From: Raillietiella orientalis
Taxonomy: Eukaryota
DNA: 64,000 nt
Direction: 5' to 3'
Assembly (NCBI GenBank): GCA_036172245.1
Contig: JAYWIR010000005.1
Coordinates: forward strand, 4,340,001 to 4,404,000
Below the pieces are notes generated by a model. That model was not told the origin of the DNA. It made no database searches and was given only the letters and a program-made list of their open reading frames with translations. Below are positions 40,700 to 51,699 of the stretch, one piece after another. The first letter of the stretch is position 1; each line of letters opens with the position of its first letter. The translations under genes were made by a program, and so were the position numbers.

Positions 40700-41950
40700 A
40701 GGAGAAGAGGGGCGGTGCTTTCAGCGTGGTGTGGCCGTGCCGCGGGCAGAGAGGCGTGGAAACAAAACAGTGTGTTTAATGTTTAAAAAGAGCCACGTGC
40801 GCCGCGAGGCACGCGACCGGCTCTTGAGGTTACTTAGCGAAACAAAAAGAAGAAAACTCTTAAAAAAAAAAAAAAAAAAAGCTGAAAGAAAAAAGAAGAA
40901 CCCAAGGATTTCCATCGTCCTAGGCCAATAGTAACGATCTCCTCGCTACTGGCCTTTAAAAAAAAGGAGAGGGGAGGGAGAGAGAGGTGACAAGGGGAGC
41001 TAGCGAAAGGTAGGGAGTGAGCGCTACCGGAAGGAAGCAGCGACTTTATGGTGCGAAGGAGGCAGCGATGGGTAGGGAAGCTCACCTGGGAAGGGGCAGC
41101 CAAGCAGGGCGAATTTCGGAGACTCTGGCAGTCTCGACCGCCTCTCCCCGCGCCACCGGTGGGGGACCTTCCGAAAGAGATGAGAGTGGGAACAACTCCT
41201 GGCTCCCGGAAGAGTATTCGGCCTCCGAGGAAGGACGTCGGAGAGCGCGAGTCCCCCTTCAAGAGGGGAGGAAGAGAATCCTGATGGGTACAAAGGCGGC
41301 CATTTTGAGGCGGACCAATTCCGGAAAAAATGAGGGGTATATTTCAAGGGATAACTTGGATGGAACGCAGCTGTCCTAACATTTCGGACCGTTGCATGCA
41401 GGCTGCTCAACTCCGAACCAAGGAGCACGGTGGCCCCCATCGAGTGGGCCGCGCGCAGACGATGGAATGCCCTGGCCTGCGGGGAGTCGTCGCTACACCC
41501 TGACGCACGCCCAGGGAAAAGAAATGAATATCTGCGTCGGCACACTCGAAGCTCGCCTGAAACCACACAGGCAGCGTTCCAGTGGGCGTCCGGCAGAGAG
41601 GACGGGGAGTCACGCGCTGGCCCTTCCACTTCCAGGCACCCGAGAGTCCGTCCGCGCAACCGTCGCAAAGTCATTGGGACCCTGGAAAAAAAACTAGCTA
41701 AAATGGAGTTTATCCGCAAGGTTATTTGAGAGTGCCTAGACCGTAAGCGAACCAGGTCAGCGAGCCTGTGTCTATTGTCCACCATGTAAAGCAGCCGGGG
41801 CATCCACATCTGACTCGCCAGGAACATGTGACTTCTGCCTGATGGCACGACCCTCTCCACAGAATGTGCAGCTCTATCTGGGAGCAGCTGCAGTCCGGCG
41901 GGGCCGTCCTTTGCACCGGCGCCCACGAGGTCCCGGAAGCAGGGCGCCAC
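40700..41950 (-). mobile_element. L1-clade LINE fragment, family B (post-RT region plus 3' UTR)
   Basis: The minus ORF has SGRSHMFLASQMWMPRLLY...INSILASFF, resembling the L1 thumb region. It ends GACGATGGAAATCCTTGGG, then a T-tract, then a hairpin (40788-40825) almost identical to 62197-62234. Confidence 0.65.
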
Positions 41951-43779
41951 GGCAACGGCACCTCACGCAACGGCTTCCACCAGCATGGCGACCCACCGAG
42001 CTCGAACTCCCGTCTCGGGACAGAGGGGGAAGCGGAACTCCCGCCTCCCATCAGGCACACGTCGTCGGTGGCAGTCGCGCGAAGCGGCGACGGACTCCGT
42101 GCGCCCGAGGGCGGAGCCGACCCGCGGATCTGCAGCTCCTCTCGCGGAGCCGTCGAAGGCTCTCTCGTCTTGCGTTTCTCGCGCCCTGGCCTCCTGGCTC
42201 TGCGGGAACGGGCGACCTCGGCCTGGAGGCACGGAGTGGGCGGCACCCGGATCGCCCGCATCTCCCCTCGAGCGCCCCTTCGCCTCTGCCCCCTCCTCTC
42301 CTGCTGAGCATTCCTGGCGGCGTTGGGCCTCTCGGACGACGGCGCCGTCGTGCCGGGGATGCGAGCGCTGCCCGCTCCAGCTCACAGCGGCAGCGCGAGC
42401 GCGGGAGGGGAAAGCGAGAAGAAGTGGCGACCACGTGCTGCTGACCTCCTCCACCGAGGAGCAGCAGTCCGCGTGCGCTTCCGCGCGGTCGCCGTCGACG
42501 AGTCGTCGGGATGCTCGCCGCGCCCGCAGCAGCGGCGGATCCCGGCCGGCCGCTCCTCTCGACTCTTCACCCGTTCCCGGTCCGCCAGACTTCCCTGGCG
42601 TGACCCGCCCGCTTCCAGGAAACCGAAGGTGCCCTCGACGCTTCATCCCAAGGCTCCAGGGATGCTTTCGCAAGCGCTGCCCTTGACAAGCGCTGTGTCA
42701 AGGACAGCGGACTCTCGGTGTTCGAGGCGGAGAGAGACAATCCTCAGGGCGTAGGTGGTCCCCCACCCACCGCAGCCGGCGCACCCGCCGGCCGGGACGT
42801 CCTGCTGGTGGGAGGGCATTCCAGCCGGCAGAGTCGCCGCCAGCCAGTGACGTCTCGCCTACCGGCGGCCCCGCGAGCCCCGCACCGCGCCGGCGGTCAA
42901 GCGAGTGGGGGCAAAGTGGCTCCCTCTCGACCAGGGACCGGCCCCGGACCCGCGCTCTCGAGAACCCGCGGCGGGCAAACCCTCCGCCAGCGGAGACGAC
43001 GAAGGGACGAAAGCTGCCGAGAAAAAAGGAATCCTCCCGATTCTTTCGCTGGCCGGGGACACTTCGGTAAGCGGAGGACCGCAAGTGCCGGGCTGACGGA
43101 GGGAAGAGGAGGGGCTCTTGCGCGCCAGCTCAGCAGTCCTGAAAGCTGGGCAGCGAGAAGAAGGATGCCCGGTGCCCCCCTCTTTCCCGAGCGAGGGTGC
43201 TGTCTTCACCCCGCAGAGAGCGCGCGTCCTGGTGCGCGCGCGCGAGGGCAGTGCATCCGCGGGTCGCCTCTCCTCAACGCGCGCGCGCTGCTACCGCGGA
43301 AGGTCACGTGGCCGCGAGGTCCAGCTCGCTCCTCTGCGTCCTCATCGCCATCATTCGTCGCGAACGTGTGAGATGTCGCAGTGACTCTTGGTGTGCTCGG
43401 GGGGGGGGGGGGCACTCGTCCATTCGTTTCTGACAAGTTCCCGGAGTCCCAATAGGCTGCCCCTCCCTTGCGAAACGGGACTGGGGAGAAAGGGTCCGTC
43501 CCTCTGTTCATTAGGCATTCTCTTTTTTTATGTTGCCAGTCGCACGTCGGGGAGACGTAATTTTTCCTCTTCGTCTCTCCGAAGGCTGGTCTTTTCCTCC
43601 AGGAAAATCATTTCCCTCCCCCTCCCCCCTCTTCCCGGGGACGTCAAGATCCCTTCCATCTTCCGCGAAAATGTTCCTGTTTGCTTCCACGAACGCACGC
43701 CCACCGACCGCTCGTAGCTCCCTCCCAATGCAAACACTTCCACCCGTTTCTATGACGACACCCTTACTTCCGGAGCGGC

Positions 43780-45900
43780 AACTGCATTGCATAATTTCTC
43801 TCAGAGCACGGCAACTTCCTTTCCATTTCAGTGTTGCCAGCGTGAGAATTCGAGCGCGTTCTGCGACTTCTTTCCTTCTAGAGTGCCTCCTCCACCGGGC
43901 TAAAAAACAAAAAAAAAAGTGGAAATAAACAAATGAAAAAACAATAAAAGTAAAATAAAAAGACGAAAAAAGTAAAAGTGGGAAAGGTCTCCGAAGAATT
44001 TCCAGAGTTATTACAGCTCTGCTGAGTCGGTTCCCTTGCACCTTCGCGGCCCAACCAACCGTCCCTCCGAGTTGCAGCGATGGTCACTGATACCCAAACA
44101 GCGCGAAGCCACGAGCAGTAGGGCTGCCCATACAGAGAGCGTACGCAGCGAGTTCCGGAGGTCACCGGGCTCTCCCCGAGCAAGCAGAGCGACCCAGGCA
44201 ACGTGAGCAAAAAGTAGACAAGGGGAGAAGAGCGCTTTCAGGTGCGACGGTAGTTGCCAACGGCGACAGAGCAGGCTGTTCGCGACGCGGAAGTGACCGT
44301 GCTGGACCGATGGAAGTGCGGAAGGCGAGCTGCTGACCGAACAGCGCCTCGCTTTCACCGGAGGCCTCCTGGCCGCGCGCGGAGGCTGAGAGGAGCCACC
44401 CCCTCTAGCAAAAGAGATCGTTAAGAGCGAAACCCGGACGTTGCTATTACAGCAACTTCTTGGGGAACCTTCAGAGGTGAGGAACGCTGAATCGAAGATG
44501 GAGTCAGCGATGAAAGGACTAGTGCAGGAAGAACTGAGTCCACGACGAGAAGACCGACAGATCGTCGTCATGACAAAGGAAGCTGATTCAGAAGAAAACC
44601 GTTCGTTCTCGCGTGAGTCTTCTCGGAACGCAGGGTGCCTTTACCATTTTCCCTTCCGATGCAGACGCCGCTTCCTTGCATCGGCGTTTGCATCCTCTTG
44701 TCTTTTCAAGCTCTCTCATCTAACCGAAAAATTTGCCCTTCGGCCGCCTCTTCATCTTTTTCTTTTTCTTCTCAAGACCAAAAAGCATGGAAGGATCTTC
44801 ATAGAAGAATGAAGAATTCATAGACGCAAAGATCGATTCCTCTGCAAGATCAATTGCAGAGGAATTCATCGGTCTAGTGGATTCCTCTGCTAGAGGTGAC
44901 CTTGCCCTCTGGCTTGAGGACACAGCAGTGGAAGATGCCGAATCCCGATCTGAACCCGAAGGCAATCCGAATATGGGGTGAGGACGGTCAGCGGAGGGAG
45001 TGCTCGGTGACTTTCGCGAAGAGTGCTGTGACCTTTCGACCGTGGGTTACACGCAAGAGGACCTAAAAGGACCAGGAAAGGGGGGGAGGAGCAAAACGAC
45101 ATGCCTGCGTGACGGTGCTCCCGCCTTCCGAAGAAGCATCACGCTCGTCCCATCCGTCATTCTCATTTTCCGCAACCGTCCCCGTTCAAGGAACCACTCC
45201 TTCGCGATCAGGAAGCCTCTCCTGCGAGGAAAAATGAGATGCAGGGTCAGCGAGCTGCGAGCGCTTCGCTCGGAGATGCCCGTGTTCTCCAGGAACGACT
45301 CCCCAGACGGCGATTCCCCGGGTGGTGTCGATGACTCAGGTTTTTCTTGCAGGCCATCTTGAAACCGAAAGCCCAACCGGAAGTCTTTCGTCCGAAGAGC
45401 GCAGTGCTCTTTAATGGCCTCCCGAGGAATCTCCTGCCAGGGGATCATTCCCGAGGCAGTGACATTCCGGGAGTGGATCAATTGCTCGGCTGCAGGAAAA
45501 GATCTTCATCCGTTTCGTGAACTTTTAATGGAGGGACCAGTCCTCTTGCCTACTGCGGATGGGACTGTGAGTTCAGGCATGACCATCCCAGGGTGCTCTG
45601 AAGACAAGCTGACCAACAGTTGAACGTGGACACTTCAGGCTGTTCTCCTCCAGCGGAGTTTTGGGTCCCAACCAAGACTGGATCCTCTCTCCGCCCTTTG
45701 GGAGGCAAGATCGTAGCTGCTCCCGCCTTTCCTGCGGGAAGATCGGCTGACGCGAGGGAAGCTTCAGAATGGTGCTTCCTTGGCGTTCCGTTCCTAAGAG
45801 TCCACCGCCACCGAGTCTCTGCCTGACATCGGCTCCGGGACATCAGTCAAGGCGGGATCCCCGAGCCAAACTGCTTTTCAGTCTCTCTGTTCCAGGTTTT
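43780..45900 (-). mobile_element. Possible internally deleted L1-like element (ORF1-like part joined to a T-rich 3' end)
   Basis: Minus-strand LTLHLIFPRRRGFLIAKEWFLERGRLR (RRM-like, as in L1 ORF1) is followed by an S/K-rich segment. A long T-rich tract at 43901-43975 resembles other LINE 3' UTRs in this window. Confidence 0.3.
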
Positions 45901-46156
45901 TTTCCCATCGCGAAACAAGAAGCTGGGAGTCCTGATCCCACTAAGGCTGACCCCCCGCATCACCAGGCCAGCTACCGCGAGCTCCGGCCCCTCTCCGTCT
46001 CTTTTTCGTTTGTCCTGTCTTCATAGGCCACTTCATTGACCGCAATCTTCGGGGCTCGTCAGAATCCTGCTGCCCTATCAAGGAGCGGTGGGATTGGATG
46101 CTGACGTGCAATGTCCACGGGACGGAGACACGAAGCGCGGCGATGGCATGAGGAAG

Positions 46157-46660
46157 TCCCTACCCCCTTCTCTGAGGGTGACGCTAGTTGGTGGCGGATA
46201 GGCCTCGAGTGCGGCCACTGGTGGAATCCGGAAACCCGATGCCCCCGGAACTGCTCCGGGGTTCTTCCAGGAATCAAGGAGCCAGTTCCTTTCGGAGTTC
46301 CCCTACGTCTGTGAAAATGGGCCCTTCATCGCGCGTACCGTGGTGCTGCTTGATACCCCCTCCGGAGGGGTGGGAGGGACCTCCAGAGTGTAAGAAGCAG
46401 AGCCCTGAAGAGAAATTGGGAAGCGTCTCTTCGAGGTTCTCTTCAGAGGAGGAGGAAACAGGGAGCGGTTCTCTTGCGGGTTCCCTCCGTGAAAGAAACT
46501 CAGGAGCTCGTTCTTTCCGGGTTCCCTTTGGAAACAACCAGGGTGAGAGTTTCCCCCCATGTTATCCTCTCAAGAGTGAGAGGAACGAAATCCTTTTTCC
46601 GGAACCTTCCTGTATTCATAGGTTGGCTTCCTCCTAGGTACCCCCTAACTTGAAGAGTTA
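46157..46660 (+). mobile_element. SINE-like element, copy 2 (5'-truncated, no tRNA head seen)
   Basis: Aligns with about 38100-38590 (CTGGTGGAAT(C/T)CGGAAACC, CTGCTCCGGGGTTCTTCCAGGAATC). Ends AACTTGAAGAGT like copy 1. No B box is seen upstream. Confidence 0.8.
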
Positions 46661-46662
46661 AA

Positions 46663-46856
46663 ATGCACCCTCTGGTGGCGTGGACGATGTCAAAGAGCTT
46701 CGTGAGTGCCTCTAAGGAGGCAAACGGTTCTTCAGTACTTTGCTACCTCCCTCCCCCTCCCCCGCTTCCCCAAAAGAAAATCCGAAAAAGAGGAAAAGTT
46801 GGAAGAAAAGCAACGAAAACAGAAGAACCCAAAAGGATTTGCATCATCTCGGAGTG
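46663..46856 (-). mobile_element. Family-B LINE 3' end (about 190 bp)
   Basis: The minus strand reads GATGATGCAAATCCTTTTGGG, a T-tract, a hairpin and CCACGCCACC...AGAGGGTGC, in the same order as 62162-62340. Confidence 0.7.
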
Positions 46857-46859
46857 AAC

Positions 46860-47550
46860 TTGCTGGTGGTGCATGGGAAGAATTTCGTGCAGAGAGCGCT
46901 TTCACCACTGGACACGGGGGGGGGGAGTGTGGGCGCTGAGTGTGACAGGTGCGGGAAGAAGGAGATACTCACTCACCTGCTGTTGGACTGTGGTGGCGTG
47001 ATGATCCCTTTGGGATCGCCTCGCGGCGACCCTAGGTATCTCGGTCCAGGCGTCCCCCCCCTGGACATTTTCAGACGCCTCTTCGTGCGTGATGCTGCAC
47101 TGCCGCCAGTCGCGTCCCTCGCCGTCCTCTGCTGTCTTCGTGGGATCACGACGGCCTGGAACGCCAGAAGAAGAGGCCGAGACGGCGGGGACTCAATCCA
47201 CTGAGCGCGGATCTTCCCGAAGAACCCCTCGAGATTGCCCGACCAGGGCGATATACGAACGGGACTTGCCAGTATCCAGAACAGGATGCAGAGGACGCCT
47301 GGCGGAGTACTGTGATCCCTTCCTCGGTTTCCTTCTTTCCTCCCCGTGTACAATTTCCCCTCCCCTGTTCCGGTGTGTTTTGTTATTTTTTGTTTTTGTT
47401 TCCCCTTCCCCCACGCTGACGAAGCGGACCTCGCCGGTCTGCGAACCGGCCCTCGGCGGGTTCATTGCGATTGGTAGAACCAATGGTTCTACCACTCCAA
47501 TGTATTGTTATCACCTTACATAATCAGTGCCCGGCATAACCGGGTGAAAA
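46860..47550 (+). mobile_element. L1-clade LINE 3' fragment, family A, with intact zinc knuckle
   Basis: CDRCGKKEILTHLLLDC (zf-RVT-type CCHC) and RLFVRDAAL...LCCLRGI. All 3'-UTR hairpins are present (47433-47450, 47472-47494, 47528-47546), followed by AAAA. Confidence 0.9.
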
Positions 47551-47840
47551 TCATCTCGAAATGCAGCCGCTTCAGTGTGGTGGGAGAGGAATAGCTGCTT
47601 CTTCGGCCAGTGGACGTCGTGAAGTTCTTCGCTCGGCACGATGAAGCTCCGGTCCTGCTACCAAGAAGATGGACTCTGAGAGGATTGCAGCAAGGCGGAA
47701 ACCAAGCTGCACCTCTTTGCCTGTCCAGCACCGGACAGGGATGGAGACTTCTTAAGGCACACGACAGGCGTCTCGGGTGAGACGACGGACGGAAACCCGA
47801 GAGGACTGCGCGAAGTAGGGGCTGGCGCCGCTGCAAAGTA

Positions 47841-48655
47841 CAATTTACGCTCGAAGTAGTCATCTTTGATAAAAGAAACTCTTGACATAAGAAACCCTCG
47901 ATATGGTCAACATTTTAAGTTTTCTGTCATCCGATGAAAGAAACTTTTTTTTCATTACACTAAAAAACATGTAGTTTATGTGGCAGTAGAGTCGTGGAAT
48001 GAAGTTCCAAAGAGCGTTATTGTAAATGCTTTTAAGCATTTGGATTCATCAGCTGAAGAAGAAATTGAATTGAATTTACCGATCGGCTATTTTACCGATG
48101 GAGATGACCTACCCATCGCAACTGCTCAATTCCACAGCAAGGAAAGAGAAAGTGTTGCGGGTGACCCTGAGATTATGGATTGGGCGGAAGGAGAAAACGG
48201 ATGGAGCCATGCTCATGATCTGCATACCATGATGAACGCTGCTATGGACCGTGCAGAAGAAAACTTGAATGAGAGTAAGAATGTTCAAAAATTCGATATT
48301 GACAAAGCCATTGACCACTCGTTCCGTTTCTCTATGGAGTGGTCAGAAAGATGACTGCCTTCCTGTTCGTGACGTCCTTCTCCTGAGAAGAACACGGGAA
48401 AAAGCAATTCGTGAAGGAGTTTGAATAAAATTCCATATCGTATCGTCATCATCAGAACTGCACCATCATCAATTTTCTTTTGCAATGCTACTAAATTTGT
48501 TCGTTTGATTATAAAAATTCACAACAATTTAATTTAATTATCCAGAATTATTTTTTTTTTATTTCGACTACCCGTCTCGATACGACAACATTCTATAAAG
48601 GCAACATCTTTAGAATTTTGACTCCAGAAAAGGTGACTATATCGAATGGGCACTG
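47841..48655 (+). mobile_element. Internally deleted pogo/Tigger-like (Tc1/mariner superfamily) DNA transposon
   Basis: TA flanks at 47839-47840 and 48656-48657. The left end CAATTTACGCTCGAAGTAGTCATC matches the reverse complement of the right end, CAGTGCCCATTCGATATAGTCACC. Subterminal TCGA/TTGA-type repeats and an AT-rich interior with a transposase C-terminal remnant are present. Confidence 0.85.
47965..48354 (+). pseudogene. pogo/Tigger-type transposase C-terminal remnant
   Basis: VYVAVESWNEVPKSVIVNAFKHL matches the pogo/Tigger 'W..V....I.N.F.K' block after the catalytic domain, followed by an acidic tail. The DNA-binding and catalytic regions are absent. Confidence 0.8.
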
Positions 48656-49139
48656 TATAACCCCATGGTCAGCACGTACCACGCATTTGTCATCTCCTGC
48701 AATGCTGCTAAGAAAGCTCTCATCTGAAGGAGGCAGAGGACGGCAAAGCACATCGCCGAAAACTTGACGAGGAAATCTGAGAATGTCCCCTCAGAGATTT
48801 TCTGCTGCCTTCCCTCAGGATTATGAACCCACACCCTAAAATAATCTGCGAGGCCTTCCGAGGACAGGGCGTACTAATGGGGAAGATACCTTATCTTGCG
48901 TCCTAGAGGACGAGTCACACGTAAGGCCAACCTCATCTCGATGCTTCGATACGCGCCTCCGTATCCGCGGCGAGAAGCACAGTGATCGGCTTCATCAGAG
49001 ACTCGCTCACGTCGTCGACAGTGACGGTCGAATTGCGAGGAACCATCGCAAGTCGCTGTCGCTGCCGACGAAGGCGCCGCCCCATGACGCAAGAGGGGGA
49101 AAGCACGGGAAGCGCGGAACACTCCTCATTGTGAGCCAG

Positions 49140-51277
49140 AAACAGGATAATGGACCACGTCTTCAGCGATCAACCAGCATCTTGCACCATCATGCATGGG
49201 ATTCCCGACTGTGTTCCTGGCCTATCTGAGCTCCAGCTGGCGCTATGCACTAATCAGAGTTCTTTTCAGCTGCCGGCACGTGTACGGCGTACCGGTTCGC
49301 CGCGGCATAAGGCAGGGTGACAGCCTCAGCCTCCTACTCTTCAGCATCTACTTCGAGTTGGTGCTGAGAGCACACCGGGACCTGGCAACCCTGCCGAGCT
49401 CATGTCCGGGCACGCCTGCCGTACGCGGACGATCTGCTGCTGCTGCTCCCCATTTCCATCCCGGCTCCTGCACTCGAGGGCTTCTTCGAGCTGCTCAGGC
49501 GAACTTGGGACTGGACTTGAGGTGATCTGGGCGAAGTCGTCCATAGTGCCGGTCAGTGCGACGTGGGCCGCACGGCCAGACTAGATCCGTTTGGGGATCC
49601 CCACGGGAGGGTACTCCAAGTACCTTGGCGTTCCGTTGGGGGACTTCTGCCTAGCAGAAGTCTGATCCGGCCGTCTTCAAAGAGTGGAGATGGCACCCGA
49701 CCCGTTCCAGAACGGCAAGGTCTACTTGCAGGAACGGGCCGCAATGTGGGATGAGTTCGCGGCTCCCCTCCTCCGCTCCCAGCTCTTTGTTTGCCCTGTC
49801 CCACCCAATATCAGGAAACGAACCGAGGACCTCCTGAGGAAAGCCTTGTGGAGCATAGGGAGGTCCCGAGTTCGCTTGAAAGACCTGTGTGCTCCTCGTA
49901 AGGATGGCAGACTGGACCTCCTTGCTCTAAAGCGGATGGAGCGACAGCTCCAATTCAGAAGACTCGCACTTGCAGCGAAGTTTTGGAAAACGCCCTAGTG
50001 CGCACCGCATGCTCCTCACCAGAAGAGCCATCAGCTACGAAGGATTGACCTTGATCCTCGTGGCCAACGGCATCAGCATGAGGCAATGTGACCATCAGCT
50101 GTACCTTGGTGCAGAACAACACTTGGATCTCCTGCCTCCTCGCGAACTGCACTTCCTGGCTCCAGGAGTCATTTTCAGCATGGGGAAAGATCCACGTCTC
50201 GAGCGAGGGCGGAGTATGCCTGCCTCCGGAAAGGGAGGTACACTCGACAGCCCCTGCGGGAGTCGTATGCAACCCACGCAAACTGCTGTGGACCTCGTTA
50301 ACTCCCCTTTCCCCAGTGCTGCCTTCCCTGGAAAACGCAAGGGACAGCAATGAACCGGCAAGATGGGAGGTGTCCTGCTGCATCAAAAGCAGGAAAAAAC
50401 TTTTAAGCGCGTGGACAACTCGGCAGCTAGAGGACTCTGCTACCCCGAGTGCCCCGCCGAAAGGACTTGCACTCTGGGGCGAGCTGCTCACGATACCTCC
50501 AGAGGAGTTGAAGTGACCCCCAGCGTGTTGGAACAGAGGCAACCTCCCCCTCAAGTGGCAAGAGATGGCGTTGCAGCTGCTGCATTGGAGAATCCCATGC
50601 AGAGCACGCCTCTCTCATTGGACACGGGAGAGCGTCGATGCCCATTGTACAAAGTGAGGCGAGAAAGAAACCTTTCCGCGCTCCTTGGTAGACTGTTCTG
50701 CCCTTCGACCCCTTTGAAATCGTCTCTTGACGACCCTAGAAAAACCGGAGGGAGAACCAAGAGACATTTTCCCACTCCTCTTCCGGCGTACCTATCTGCC
50801 ACCAGCCGCATCCTTAGGTTCCTAAGGATGCCTGCAACCCTGCTGCTGTGTCCGTGGAAAATCGCGGCATGCTGGAACGCGACAAGGAGAGGGCAAAATG
50901 GCAGGGAAGCCATCCACTGGACGACCATCTTCTTGAGGAACGAGTCGAGATGGCTCCATCTGGGCAATGCCAAAACTCCTGAACTGGGCAATCCTGAACA
51001 GGATGCAGAGGGCGTCTCCAAGAGAACTGTGATCCCTTCCCTCGTCCCTCCTCCCTAAAAAACTCACTCCCCCCCTCTTTTTTTCTTTTTTTGTTTGTTT
51101 GTTTTTGTGGTTTTCCCTCCCCCTTCACCGATGGAGAGGTCCTCACCGGTCTGAGTACCGGTTTTTTGGCAAGGGATTCGCTCATGGTAGAACCAAATGT
51201 TCTACCAAGAATCTGTAAAATCGACGACTTTATTATAATTTCTTATAATGAATGCCCCGGCAAATCCAGGTGAAAAA
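49140..51277 (+). mobile_element. L1-clade LINE, family A: degenerate reverse transcriptase through 3' UTR
   Basis: Ordered motifs: MGFP; RRGIRQGDSLSLLLF (QGD 49313-49321); LPYADDLLL (YADD 49422-49433); TGLEVIWAKS; KYLGVPL (KYLG 49618-49629); LCAPRKDGRLDL. The family-A C-terminus and hairpins follow. Multiple frameshifts and stops. Confidence 0.95.
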
Positions 51278-51699
51278 CCAGCATCTTTCGAAGGTCGAAT
51301 CCGTTGCCCCGCCTGTCTCGGACGGTGCAATCTGCTGGGTCGGCGTTCCGGAAAAGCCGACGAGGTACACGCATGGGAGGCACTTCAGCGCTGCTTTCCC
51401 AGGAGGCTTCTTCCAGGCTGCATCCCGCCCAGATAAGGCACCGCAGCAAGCACTTCAGATCCGAGCTGGGCAGCTTCCAGCAGCCCAAATGTCCCTGACA
51501 GAGTCGGGCCGGGCGTCGCCTGTTCCGCCGATTTCCCGCAAGGAACACTCAGGAAGACCAGGTTCTCTTTTTTTTCCTGTCGCCTTCGGTATCTGCGCAC
51601 CCAATGTGATTCTTTATCAATTAATTTATTCTTCTTCTCCACCCCCCTCCCTTCCCTCCTTCTTCCCCTTGAATTCTTGATTTTCCAAGTCATTACTCA

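Noticed and set aside
47414..47460. Twister or hammerhead ribozyme in the family-A 3' UTR (GCCGGUC stem, CUGACGA)
   Set aside because: It lacks the twister UAA cleavage motif and pseudoknot partners. CUGACGA is not conserved in other copies and has no stem II-GAAA.
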